NCBI GenBank assembly: GCA_034780895.1
Contig: JAUZTB010000069.1
Coordinates: forward strand, 5,916,830 to 5,980,829
Source: Rhynchobatus australiae
Lineage: Eukaryota
Direction of reading: 5' to 3'
Length of the DNA stretch: 64,000 bases
Part shown: piece by piece, positions 23,446-36,992 of the stretch
How positions within the stretch are numbered: position 1 is the first letter of the stretch
Layout: every line of letters starts with the position of its first letter
The notes under the pieces: model-generated
What the model was told of the DNA's origin: nothing
Databases searched by the model: none
What the model saw: only the letters and a program-made list of their open reading frames with translations
Made by a program: the position numbers and the translations under genes

Positions 23446-25559
23446 CTGCAAGGCAAACAAAGGACAGGAGTCAAACAGATGAACAGAGTTTTACTACGGA
23501 TGCAGCTTGACAAAGAAACAGATGGCGATATTAATGTCCCATCAGCAGAACAGAAGGAAATTGCATGATGGCGACAGGCTCCGCATGTCATTTCAACATC
23601 ATTCAGGCAAAACTCACCACAAAGGCAACAGAACCCTTTTTAATATAATTTGATTCCCCATCCCATCACAATGGACAAAGTGCAAAATCAATCATTTGGT
23701 TAGTTAGGTCCTCTGTCAATTCGTTTCTCTTCTTCTTGGGGGGGCGGGGGGGGGGGGAGNNNNNNNNNNNNNNNNNNNNNNNNNNNNNNNNNNNNNNNNN
23801 NNNNNNNNNNNNNNNNNNNNNNNNNNNNNNNNNNNNNNNNNNNNNNNNNNNNNNNNNNNGAGGTGGTTGGGTGCTGCGGTTGGTGAGGAAGGAGGAATAA
23901 AAAGAAACCAGATTCTGCTTGCTGCTCATGTTACAGGAGGAAAAGATTTAACATTTGAGGTGGATTTATACAGATTTACTGCTTCAGACTGATGTAATAT
24001 GTTAATAATCTGCTACATGACCTTTCTTAATGCTGCAGTTCTGGAGAGGTTATGTTAACATGCATTAGAAAATGAAATCTTTTTAATTTTGTCTTCTGAT
24101 GCAGAGTCAAATTTTTTAATATATGCTTAATTCAATGCCCACCACTATTCCAATAACCTTTTATGATATAATTTAGTACAGCAAAAGCATTAAATTACAG
24201 GGCATCATGGATTTTTAGATCTTACTAAAAATTATCAGAACTTCAAAATTCAGTATTGCAAGGCCAACACTACAGCTTTCATTGTCTAGACCATTGCAGC
24301 TTTATGGATTTACAATTGGAAGTCGTAAGAGCAGCACCAGTGCAATACATCAATACAAAAGTAATGAAGGAGACAATAGAGAAGAGAGAAAATCCTGAAG
24401 CATTTTCAGCCATATGATGCCATATCTTGTACAACAACACAATGATAGCAGAACTTGGTAAACTGGGGCACCCTGATGTCTTCCAGAGTTGAATGGCCAA
24501 GGTCCATTGAGCCATGAGGGCTTCCCATTTGTGCTTCTACTATTCTGCATACACTGCAGATTGTCGATATTTACAGAACTTGGTTTTCTGATGTACGATG
24601 TATCCATCACTTGGGAAACAACAGAGCAGTTGCATCAAATTTAAACAGAATAAGCTGATGATTAAGAAATGCACACATGCCAGAAAAGAGTTACTGAGAA
24701 AAGAAGAGCAGGATTCATTGTTGGATCAAAAATCTCCAACAAAACCCGAAGACATTCCAATGAGAGNNNNNNNNNNNNNNNNNNNNNNNNNNNNNNNNNN
24801 NNNNNNNNNNNNNNNNNNNNNNNNNNNNNNNNNNNNNNNNNNNNNNNNNNNNNNNNNNNNNTGAGTTTCCCTTAATATGGGAAGTTTCCATATCACCCTG
24901 CCTAGATATTATTATTTAATTATCACAATACACATCACTCTTCAGGACAACATGGTAACGGTAAGATTTGAGAAGTCCATTTAAGAAATGAAAATTTTCT
25001 TGAATTTTACAACTCAAGTATCCTAGTTTAATGGAATTGAATTCAGTTAATCTAAGTACAAAATACATTGGCTTCCAATTCTAAGTGTCAAAAAGGCTGG
25101 ATGATGCATGGATAACGATGGCAGGGCCATCAGTTCTCACACTTCCACAACATGCAATAAAGATTTGGAAAGACTCATGATTAAATCAAAGGTAAAGCAA
25201 CTTTTCATAGTTTCCAGCACTCATTAAACAAGGCATGAAGCATGGAAACAGGCCCTTCAGCCCACTGAGTTCACACTGACCATCAAGCTCTTACTAGCGG
25301 TGTCATTCTGTCACCCTACTCTTGGGAATAAGAGTCCAAACTTGAGAGCCAATTTTCAAGGCTGGTGAGATTGTTAGGCAGTAGTTAAAATTAATTATTT
25401 CATGAAAAATCGATTTACTTCTGCAAGCACCAGCCCTAACTATTTCCTTCGACTTCAATGGGGACTTATTTGGCAAGGCATAACGTTATCTAGGTTAGGT
25501 TACTGGTTAAGCAACTTGAAGCACAAGTTTGGTTCCCAATAATAACAGATAACAATAAG

Positions 25560-25780
25560 TAATAAAATGATCACCCATTTAAGACGGAGACAAGGAGTTT
25601 CTCGCCTCGGAGGATCATGAATACATGGAGACAAAGTCATATTCAAGGTGGAGGTTGACAGACATTTGAACTCAAGGGAGTTAAAGGACATAGGGAGACA
25701 GCAGACAAGTGGTGTACTCTGCCATCTAAGTAAATGGCAGAGTAGGCTCCAGACCGATTGGCGTATTCCTGCTTATCGTC
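25560..25780 (+). mobile_element. Degenerate CR1 3' end
   Basis: cccatttaagacggagacaaggag...attcaaggtggaggttgacagacatttg...aatggcagagtaggctc...tattcctgct. Confidence 0.7.
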
Positions 25781-25914
25781 TTACAATATCAAATATGATA
25801 ATTTGGAGTCTGCAGAAAGTTTGTGCCATCAGTGGTACCGTGCTGCTCCACATGGTGTGTCGTTACAGTCATAGCTGATAATCAGTGCTGGGACTTGGAG
25901 TACATTTTTCCCCA

Positions 25915-26140
25915 TTCATTCATATGAGGTGGAGATCACTGGAAATACCAGCATTTATTGACCATCTCTAATTGCCCCAGACTTCATTCCCTGAAGGAAT
26001 CTGGTGAACCAGATGGGCTTTTACAACCACCCAGTAGTTCCATATTCACCATTACTGTAACAAGCTTGAATTCTGTATTTATTCAATTATTTGAATATAA
26101 ATTAGGCAGCTGCCGTGCTGAGATTCAAAATTGTGTTTGC
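25915..26140 (-). mobile_element. tRNA-derived SINE, same family as 5678-5950
   Basis: ccagcatttattgaccatctctaattgccc tail and gtgaaccagatgggcttttacaac...caccattactg core are reverse complements of the 5678 copy. Confidence 0.6.
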
Positions 26141-28094
26141 TGACTAAGTCTCCAACTAGAGACAGGTGGAAATATTAGGGCTGCTGCACACAGGAGTAAG
26201 CCGATTTTTAAATGAATAAATCAATGATAATTACTGCCTAACAACATCACTAGCCTTGAAAACTAACTTAAGTAAATATGGAGCCTCTTCCCACGAGAGT
26301 TAACTAGTGCTGGAGATTAAAAAATGTTTTACCCAAGTCTTTTATCTTGCTCTTAATACCACCAGCTTTCCCCAACCCTTACTGCATGTTCTACGCACGG
26401 CTTAAAGTTACCACGTACTTCCTGACTGCGGCTCAGCATGTCCAAGTGAGGAATCTTCAACTTGGCTGACTGAAAAATCTTCCTGTTTCTTGGTCTGCTC
26501 AGAGCCGTAGGTGATATGGAGAAGGTGCACAGCACATCTGATATTTGACCAGAGCAAGGCTTTGCTGTAAACCCAGCAAAACTTCGTAGCCCACTCCAAG
26601 GTCAAGAGCAACTGCTGTCCTTTTGATGCTGACAGCATCAGGGCATCAGAAGATAAATGGTTTGAGTTTTCAGTTGTAAATTCAATTAGAAATGAACACA
26701 ACTCAGGACAATTTTAGATTAAGCAAATGTTAAACTATGGAAAAAAAACCTCAGATTAGCTGTGCAGGTTTTGGAGCAAAAAATGAATATTTAAATATTT
26801 CTGAGCATTTGCAGCAAGGTCAAAAGACTTTTTGTAGTGCAAATGCATATTGATCAACGAGAAACTCTCTCTAAAATGCTTCAAATAAACCTCACAAAAA
26901 TACAAGGATTAGTCAGGTTCAGAATGATGGTATATTAAAGTTGTAATTTTGGGTAACTATACAACAAAGTTAAATGGACCAGGTTTTAAACTGTTTAGAT
27001 TTGCACATTTCAATATCACAGAACAATCCACATTTTCTGCATTGAAGAGATTTCTTCAAGAGGTAGATTATCAGTGATAATTATCCTAAAATCATTTTGT
27101 TTACAATAATTTTGAAGCAAAATTAAAAATATCCCTTCACCAAGATGACAATAAGAAATGTTTCACAGAATGTTCTGCCTCCAGGAGAAGTTAAAATCCA
27201 TTCAATAAAATAAAATCAAGACATCTAGTGGCAGTAAAAGCTAACTGCACTGCTCTCAGACCCACGTCCCAGGAGAGAAGGGTCAAACACATCAGACTAT
27301 TGTGAAATGAATAGGTCAGAAAATAAATTGAGAATAACCCTGGCTTAAACAATGCTTTCAAGCCCTAGAGTGGTCATATTTCTTTGGAAATAAAATCGCT
27401 GGCAAACTTTCTGGGAGAAGAGAGACATAGATGTTTGCATCATGTGTAACCTCAAAATGAAGCGGCTGAGAGCACTTTATCCGGTTCATAACGAACAAGG
27501 ACAAATATTTTAAACATTATAACATAAACATTATACTGAATCTCTCCATATGCAGTAGATGACGATAATGTTTCACAAGAAAAAAGTGTTGAGTCAGATT
27601 TTTGGATTGATCAGCTTCACTGCATTTACCTATCTTGTTCAAGAATTCTGAGAATGATTTCATTTTATTTCATAGCACAGCTTTTGGGTTTCTGGCTACA
27701 CTTTATATAAAAGGTGAACAAAAGTAATTTTGCAGATAAAAATAAAAAAAAGCACCATCATTTTTCATGTTGTTAACCAAATTTGAACTTTTTTTTGTAA
27801 TATTAACTTCATTTCTGAGATGAGCATTTAAGTTGCAAGTATTCCTTCAGCACTTCCCAAGTGGGCCAAGTTTCAAAAACAATTATTCCCATTAAAAATT
27901 GTCTTTATCGATTACTTCCAGGAATACACCATTTGCACAAGTCCTGATTATTCAGAATCCTGATTGCATGAGTTTCCTACAATGCAAACAATGTCTTGAT
28001 TGACATCTAACTACATAGTAACCATTCAAATGTGGTCAGCAGAATTTGTTTTCTTGTCAATTGACTAATCAGGACACTGATCATTTTACAAAGG

Positions 28095-28330
28095 GTAGAA
28101 CATAGAACAGTACAGCACAGGAACAGGCCCTTCGGCCCACTGTATTACACCAAACTCATTAAACTAGTCATTAAACGCCTAACTAAATTCATCCCACCTG
28201 CCTACACAATATCCATACCCCTCTATTATAAGAGAATAATTTGTGTGCCTAAGAGCCTCTTAACTTCTGTTGTATTTGCCTCCACTACCACCCCTGGCAG
28301 TGCATTCCAGGCACCCACCACTCTGTGTGA
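28095..28330 (-). mobile_element. CR1/HER1-like LINE 3' end
   Basis: tagaacatagaacagtacagcacaggaacaggcccttcggccca tail and ggcagtgcattccaggcacccaccactctgtgt. Confidence 0.85.
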
Positions 28331-28571
28331 TGTGATGAAAATCTGTGACTGATAACTCATGCATTCAAGAAGTTACTTAAAAGTCCTGGATCTGAACAAA
28401 GTAAGTTTACGACAAAGTGAATGTCACTTGCAAGCTTTACATCCTTTACCTTCCCAAGCTGACGTAAGCATCATTCAGAAAAGTACTGACGGAGGCAAGG
28501 GCCTTGAAGGAANNNNNNNNNNGTGCTGGTGGGAAAAATATATAGAAAGCTGTTTCTGTGGTAAAAGTGAT

Positions 28572-28748
28572 GTCAGAGTTATACAACACAAAACCTGGCC
28601 CTTCAGCCCAACTCATCCATGCTGACCAAGTTATGTACCCGACCTAGTCTCATTTGTGGCCCATATCCATCTAAACCTTTCCAATCCACATGCCTGCCTA
28701 AATATCTTTTAAACATTGTAATTGTACCTGCATTTGCCACTTCCTCTG
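28572..28748 (-). mobile_element. CR1 LINE 3' end
   Basis: ggcccttcagcccaactcatccatgctgacc...cccatatccatctaaacc; minus translation EVANAGTITMFKRYLGRHVD. Confidence 0.85.
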
Positions 28749-30689
28749 TACTTAAAAATAAAGTAACTGTCATCACAATCACCTCCAGTGGGCTGTGTAT
28801 CATGTCCACAGATCGCAGAACAATCCCAATTACCAGGAGAATCATGATTTTCACAACAATAGTGATGCAAGTCTTGTAGCATTGCCTCCAACAGAGGGGT
28901 CTGACAGAGGAATGGAGTCTGTGTGTTGTGGAATAGGACCAAGAATAATTCCTTGGAGCCCAGTTCCTTACATCCACTGCAGATTGTCTGGGATACTTCA
29001 ATTGCAGATTCTTCTATCCTTTGGGGCAGTCTGTCCCGGAAGAGAATCAGTAATTGTGTCTCAGGAATCAATGAAGTGGACAAGTTCTAGGTTCTACAGT
29101 GCTGAAAGACGCAGGCAAAGATCGCCCTTTTTGAAATCAGTTTAGTACAGCACTAAATCAGCTGAAGGACACTTGGCCTTATTGATCAGTTGGGTTCCCA
29201 GATCTCAAATTCCCTTGCAAGTAATAAAGAAACACAATCAAGTTTTAGGCAATTTTTCTCCACAGTCACTGCTATTTTCAAGGCTGCTGTTGGTGGAAAG
29301 GTCAACTGACAACCCCCAAATCTTCAATAGAGGATGCAGACTTGTAGTAGTTAAACTGTCTATGGTAAAGCTCAAGTACTCAATACAGGGAGGGAGTTAG
29401 GAGCAGGATCCATACAGCTGAAAGGAAATAGAAGTCTGTGGAGGAACTGATTTGCCTTAGAAATTTAAGGTTTAGCTACCTCAACAATTATTTTGCTGTA
29501 AGCGCAATGGCTCCAATACTTGGGGATTCACTCAGGTTCATAAGGGCAGTTTTCTTCACCAAATAGATTCTCTCTCCCCTTTAAGCCTGACTTCTGACTG
29601 AGAATTTCTTTAACAAAAGAGAAAAGCGCTCCCATGTCTGAAGTCTCAGCACAGACCACAAACATTTGTGTGTGATTGTCTGCATCAGGGGTGGGTTTAC
29701 GAATAGTTTTAGCAAATTTCAAAGCTCGAACTGTCATGAAGGAAACGTTTTCTGGAAAAGATCAGATACAAACTCAAACCATGAAAAAAATGCCCAGATC
29801 CACAGCCAAATGAATATCCTAAAAACCTTTTTTAAAAAATTGCTTTATTTAACAATCTGATATGAAGATGAAGTAACTGATCCCAAGAACAACAGACAAT
29901 AATTGTGTAGCAGCCATAAGAGGGAGGGGGAAGGTGAAAGTTGTCAAATTGTCATTAGGCAAAATATCTCTGTCACCACATTCTTTGGGGCCATGATTTT
30001 GTCAAGGCATAATTTTAAGCTTACAGTTTACATTTACAGAAATGTTCTGTCATTTATCTTTTTGAATGTACAAATACTTCTGCAAAAGAAATGAGAAACT
30101 ACATACTGATGACATATTAATTAGAGTTTCCTACTGGTTTCATGGTAAAAAGGGCAATTAAACATAATTATGATTTACTAACCATTAAGATAAATTCCCA
30201 AATTGGAAATTGTCAAATAATTTAAAAAGTATTTTTAAAGCATTTGACAAAAAGCCCCCAGTGGTACTAATGTCCAATGTATTTTAAAAGTCTCAATGAA
30301 AAAAAACTTAATTAGAGGCTCATTAGTATGTAAATGGAGTGGTGTTTTGTTACAACTGAGTAGGGATGTTTTTTTTTACAGAAAAACCTATTTAAAAAGT
30401 TATTACAATAAATGCAAAAATTTCAATTGGATGGTTTATTTCACTTTTTTCCCCAGACAAGAAAAATAATGACACTTTCTCATTTCACATGTTGGCTCTC
30501 AAACATCTGGTTTAATGAGGCACTTATGTTTGCTCTGACTTTTTGTTATACTGGTGGCAAAATCTAAAAAATAGTCACACACATGCATAATTTTCTCACA
30601 ACTTTTTATATATACAAATTAATTGCTTGAAGACGTTAACAGCTGTTCTTCAATATTCCAACTTCATTTGGGAAACTGGAGAGTGAAGA

Positions 30690-30925
30690 GCATCAGGCTA
30701 CTCAAGAATGTGGGTGCTCAATCTCTCCTGCCACCTCCCAGCATTTTTGCATATCCACCAACAGTCATTAGACTGTGGTCATCAGTGGGACCTGGGGCAA
30801 AATCTCTTTTTCCCTTCCCGTAGGACCAAATGTTAGCTCAGCCAAGTCAACAGTGCCCTAGGATTGAACTTGGGACCTTCTTGGTCTGAGTAACTGAATG
30901 ACAACAAGGCAACGAATTTACTATG
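30690..30925 (-). mobile_element. Old tRNA-headed SINE-like repeat
   Basis: Reverse B-box ggattgaacttgggaccttc; otherwise degenerate. Confidence 0.4.
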
Positions 30926-31619
30926 GCAGCATCTAACAAACTTGAGCAAGAATATATTGAAAATTATCTTTGGAAACTCAACAATTAAAGGATTAATATA
31001 CTTCTCCAAAGAATTAGCAATGCTTGATAGTGCTCTGTTCAATAAGAAAGGCTGTTGTGCAGTGAATGTGCTGAAATTTGCTAACACAAATGATTTGAAT
31101 ACCACTGAGATTAGTGAGTTAATCTGAGGAGCCGTACTAGACATTTACAGGTGCTGCATATGGAGTTTGTGTTTGAATTACAGTGCCACGCCACCACGTT
31201 TCTTTTCTCTTAATATGCTGTTTTTAAAAATCAGCAGCCAAATTGCAAGTAATCAAAATAATCTAAAACAGACATATTGGTATGCAGGAAAGACAAAAAT
31301 AATTTGGATAAAAATTATATTCAGCATTCATCATACACACACACACAAGAAAACAAAACATCTCGCACACCAGTGCTCAGACTAAATGATACTGCTGGAA
31401 GATCAATAACGCTAATACCTTTACATACAGTGTGCAATCTTTCCAAATGGCTTGCAGTTAAATGCTTAGCGATTTTGTTTTAACATTTTATTTGGTAACA
31501 TTCCCCTAGGAATTCATTTTTTATAATCAACATTAATTTTGAAATGCATTGATAGAACCACCCATGGTTATGTGTAACTGAGAAGAATAAAACATGGAAA
31601 TTAAAGGCATTACAGGCTG

Positions 31620-31703
31620 GTTTCTCTCCAGTGACTGCCTGACCTGTTAGCAATTCCAGCATTGTTTTAATTTCTGAATTCCAGCACCCTCAGTATTTTG
31701 CTT
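31620..31703 (+). mobile_element. Penelope-like terminal repeat fragment
   Basis: tttctctcca...ctgcctgacctgttag...ttccagca. Confidence 0.6.
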
Positions 31704-34700
31704 CTGTACTGTAGTATCTGGTGAAGAATGGACAAAAAGTCTTAAAACAAGCAAAACGACAAGAAAGAATGGGTTGTCCAAATGGCCAATATATGGGAAG
31801 CTGAGAAAGTAGAAATCACAGGAGTATGAGAGATTTTTTTAAAAAAATAAGAAAGGTGTAGAGACTGCACGCAAGCATAACATAGATTATTGGGTTCCAC
31901 AGGTGAGAAAAATGCATCGTCTGAAGTACAGTAATATTTAAAATAAAGAAATTNNNNNNNNNNNNNNNNNNNNNNNNNNNNNNNNNNNNNNNNNNNNNNN
32001 NNNNNNNNNNNNNNNNNNNNNNNNNNNNNNNNNNNNNNNNNNNNNNNNNNNNNNNNNNNNNNNNNNNNNNNNNNNNNNNNNNNNNNNNNNNNNNNNNNNN
32101 NNNNNNNNNNNNNNNNNNNNNNNNNNNNNNNNNNNNNNNNNNNNNNNNNNNNNNNNNNNNNNNNACACGGTTACATTTAACCTCTCAAGGGCCCACGGTG
32201 AGACAAGATACACACTGTACTTCTGTTCTTAAAAAGTAAGTTAATTAGATAAAATAGAGTTGAAGCTCATAATTGAAAGTAGTTTTTATCATAAAATACT
32301 GCTATTTCTGTGAGATGTCAGATCAGCTATCACTAGTAGCACGACAAAGGTTTATGTGCAATTTAATTGGAACAGTTTCATTTAACACTGACATTATAGG
32401 ATACACATGAGGAACAGATCAGATTGCTTCAGTCTGTGGCAAACTGACAGAAACCTCCTCATTAATACTATGGCGAAATGGCAGAGACTACAGTTACTCG
32501 CTGTGCAAGGGCTAAACTCTTTGTGGCAGACTCTTGCATCCTTGTCCTTATATTACAGCTTTCCCCCCTCTGCCAACTGACTCTTTTGGAATGTTGCAGT
32601 GTACCTTGTAAATCACCGCACACCCCACTGCCCACCACTATCACCTCACCAGTCTTGTTTTAGGAACAGATGATAAATAAATCAAAGTGTACTAAGCAGT
32701 TCTTCCACATGGCAATTGCCTCCCTCATTCCTTCTGCAGCTCATCAATCAAACTATTGTCTACTTGAAAGCCAAGGCTTGTAAATGTCATCTCCACTCAA
32801 GTCCAAGTAGAAGAAAATCAGAATACTGCTACGAGTTTTAATTGGATAGTGTAATTAAACTAAAATACCCTGGTAGGCCAGTTCTGACAGGACAGTCAAG
32901 ACCTCTTTTAATGAGGCTGATATTAGTATTTGTTACAAGGATCATGAAAATGCACAGGAAAATTATTTTAATTCCATTCCTAGCACTATGACTTGCTGGA
33001 CTCACTTAGGTTTTAAATGTTTTTTTTTGCAAATGATGGCTTATTTTAAAAGGAATTGATTAGAATGGAAAATTACTTGAAGTTTTAGTATCAGCTTGCT
33101 TTACACATAATGCTTGTTGGTCAGTTAAGCAATTAAACTTAAAAAAGGCCAGCAGGGTTTGGAATGCATTTTTAATAATCATGAGATGGTTTTTGGGTCG
33201 AGTGGGAGAAAAGTAGAGGAAGAGTTTCAAAGGTAACCTGGCTGGGAGGAGCTTGTTTTCTTTATGAAATAATCTCTTTCTCCTCTTCCCAACTGACAAG
33301 TTGAGTGCAGAACTCCACCGCACTGACAGCCATTTGGACGTGCACAAGAACAATCTCGGTCAGCTCCTCACCTTCTTGCCACCCCCCACCCACCTAATTA
33401 TATTACTGACAAAATTACCAATCATTGTCTCTTTTAATAAATAACTCAGCACAGCAGTGGAAAGCAGTTAATACAGTATCCAAATATTATTAACATATTT
33501 GCTAATTGGCCAGGATTTACAATGCTAACAGCAAATCGGAACAGAATGTCCCGTGGTCGTCATGGAAATCACAACCAGTTAATCAGAGCTGTGAACCAAA
33601 TTGAATCATCGCTATGACGACGACTACAAGAGAGCCTCAAATCAGTGCCCACAGCATGTGGACTGGCACAGGCACAAGGTGGTGTTAATACGCCAACTCC
33701 AATCAGCTGGGGGACTGGGGGTGGTGGGTGGGTGGTGCCAATAACACTTGGGGAGGAATGGTAGTCCACAACCTGAAGGCTAAAACAGATTCTTCAACAC
33801 AAATCTGGACTTAACTCAGTGCCTTGCCCTCAACAAAATAATAATTGCTGCAAATTTCAACAAGAGAAAGTGCCTCCAACGCGGTGAAAAAACAATCCTT
33901 GAACAGGCAGAGAGGACGGCAAGGGGCATGGGTGGGGTGATGCCAGGAGATGGGTTGGGAATACCTTTACTTAGCTATCACCAGTTGCAGTAGTTCTTGG
34001 TATTCTATCCAAGATGGATTAAATAGCACCAAGTAGGGAAAATGCATTAACAGGGAAAGTTGCATGTGGCTTTTGTACGTTGCCAAAAACAACAAATTGG
34101 CACTGGGGCTCAAGTATAGATTATCTTGTCTGACAACTGTGAAAGCATCCCAAATAGTCCAAATGCAGATTTAAAACCTGGACCCATACCAACCTGGCAC
34201 TGGTTCTCTCCAAACAGCACCTTAGGGTTACTTATATTAGGTTAATTCTTAAACAAAAAGGGTTTTTGTCCATTTAACATAGCAGCTGAGTTAACTCGTA
34301 CTGCTAGCTACTTTAACAATAAATTTGCATCAAAGTGAATTTTGTGAACTTACTACACACATGTAATAAGTCACACAAGGAGGTCAGTATTAGTGGGAAG
34401 CCAGTAAATACTAACTGTGTACTAAATGAATTAGGATTACCTCCTTTTAAAGTTAACTTCTGGTGTAATCCATATTACAACAAGATTCAAGGCATTAATT
34501 ACACTGAGCTGAATAAACTCAAGAACAGGGCATTGCAGGGCACAGCGCTACATTAGCATGTGTCAAGTTTCTTTGGTTTTAAATGAAAACTACATAAAAA
34601 CATTTCTGCCATCAATTTTGCTATCACTAACAGCCAGCACGAATTCTGCAAGGGAAGCTATTTTCGTGCAGATGTGAAATTCAATGAAAAAGACCGACTC

Positions 34701-36854
34701 TTGTAGGAACATCAATCAAAACGTCGGCTGCAGTGACAGATCTCAACGGTGAGGGAGGGTTAAAGGTCACAGGTTAAGGAAAAAGCCAAGCTCTGGTTGA
34801 GCTCTAATATCTCTGTGGTAGAAGTCTTGGAAAGGTACACCCTCCTGTATTAGCCTACCATCATTAATCTTCTTGCCACCTTCTTTAGCTAGTCAAGCAG
34901 AACTGCTCAATAGAAAACTATATGATGGGGCACAACTAGAAGGCCCAGTCCCCATTATCAGGTTAACATTCTGTTAAGCCCCTCTGCAGCAATGGAATGA
35001 TAACAATTGAAGAGATCAGGGTCACATGATGTAGAGCATCCAATTAATGATAAGCAGGATTTAACCAAATAATGTAGTACTCACAAAAGAAAAAAAACTG
35101 AAATGTCTTTGTTGCATTTAACAGTCTGAAACAAAGCAATCTTTCATCCTGTATCAAGGCTTGACAAGTATATCAGCATAATAGCATTTTCTAACATTCT
35201 TAAATGTTGCGCNNNNNNNNNNNNNNNNNNNNNNNNNNNNNNNNNNTTGCGCGTGCGCGCGTGCGTATAAATGAACTGCATAAATGGAGCTATTTAATTA
35301 CTGGCTGAATTGCAAGACATTTTGAAAGGTGAGTTTAGGGTGATGCTGACTCTGTGCATGTGAGGTGCACCAAATAACCTCTGATTAAGGCCCCTGTCCT
35401 TCAAGCAAAAAAAGGAACCAAGTAGGCTATAAGCTGCAATGTTCTTTTAAAACAAAAATCAGTTCACCATGTTTGGAAATGTCAATCTTATTCTGTAAAA
35501 AGGGACAATATACTAATTATGCATCATTTTGTTGGTGGTTGGCTCATGATTAAACATCAACATATATGGACCCTTAATATGGGAAAAGGTCCCAAAGTAT
35601 TTTGAAGAAATTTATTTAAAACTGATAAGAGGCAAGTTCCAAATGTTCTGGAATTTATTGCCCGAAATACTCCAACTGACTACTCTGTGGCAGTGAAAAT
35701 GAACGTGCCATCTGCCAAAAACTGACGATTTGACCATGCAAATTACTGAATTATGAGATACTGCTAAATTTATATGCATTTCAATGACTAAACTTTAAAA
35801 TAATTCATTGCACACAGAATACTTCAAATATTTGAAAATTTTTGCTTTGAAACTTTTGTTAATAAACTGACAATACAATGAGTTACAACTGCCACATCAC
35901 ATTTTTCAATTTGAAAATAACCATTTTACATGTTGAACATTTTCTTTAACACAGAAGATGACAAATTAACTTATGACAGAGGCACAAATGCACCTCTCTA
36001 TAAACCGTTTGAGACATGGTGCTGGCATAACTTTGCAGGCAGCAAGCTGGACTTCTTGTAGAGGCTGAGAAGGATGCAAATCCATAAGTAAAACAATCCT
36101 GCTTCATTTTAAATCAGCTCCACCTCCCTCCCCCCCCCCAAAGCCAGTAATTTTGTGTTTCCCTTTCGTGAGCTTTGTGTAAAACTGCTCTAAAATAGGC
36201 TAAAAACCATGATCCTGATATGATGCAGTTTAAACTCAACAAGCACTGTTTAATATATATTTGTAAGAACAATGTTAAAACAACTGCATAAAGCACAAGA
36301 CTGAAATCTTATATATTATTTTCCTTCTCACAGCTTTAACAACTCACAAAAAATTACTTGTCAAATTAACGTATTTATCTCTGTACAGACTACAATGGAC
36401 TCTGATAAAAACACTAATATTATTAACTTCTTCCTACCACAACTTTATGTTCAACTCTACTGCATGCTTGTTTAAAAACTGGAGTATAATAAAAAGAAAA
36501 CATCTAACTGACGTGAGAACACCAGTAACTGATTGTTAGCCACAGACCTTATTAAATTCTCAACTTAAATTTGACTGGGTTTATCACCAGCCAACTCTGA
36601 TTAACAGGGCACCACTGCAGAGTGTGACAAAATGTTGTTCAACCTTTAGGCAGCTGAAAATTTAGGAACTGATTTCAGAAGCATAGCAGTTTTACAGCCA
36701 GCAATCCAAAAGATAAAATAATGTATCATAGCACCACTGTCTTATCTAATATTAAACCCGTGGACAATATGGAGCTCTAATTTTTCTATTTCAGTGTGTG
36801 CACTTATTCACAGAACAGCACAAAGATACAGCACAAAAATATAGTACCACATAC

Positions 36855-36992
36855 TTGGACTCTTCTCTTCCACAAGGTCACAAGCGCAGAGTAGATCAGA
36901 ATCAATTGAAATGGGTTTCTGTTTAATCCAGAACTTGGTGCTCGCCTTCTGATTAGTAACAGGGTCTATCTCCACCTTTTCTCCCGAGATAC
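36855..36992 (-). CDS. MAPKAP1: MAPKAP1/SIN1 coding exon (138 nt, phase 1-1), PH domain
   Basis: ttcacag|GTATCTCG...AGTCCAA|gtatgt; translates (G)[45 protein letters not shown], nearly identical to human SIN1. Confidence 0.98.

Noticed and set aside
35205-35267. Alternating purine-pyrimidine tract (gcgcgtgcgcgcgtgcgt), potential Z-DNA
   Set aside because: Short microsatellite edge broken by a gap; its length cannot be assessed and such tracts are common.
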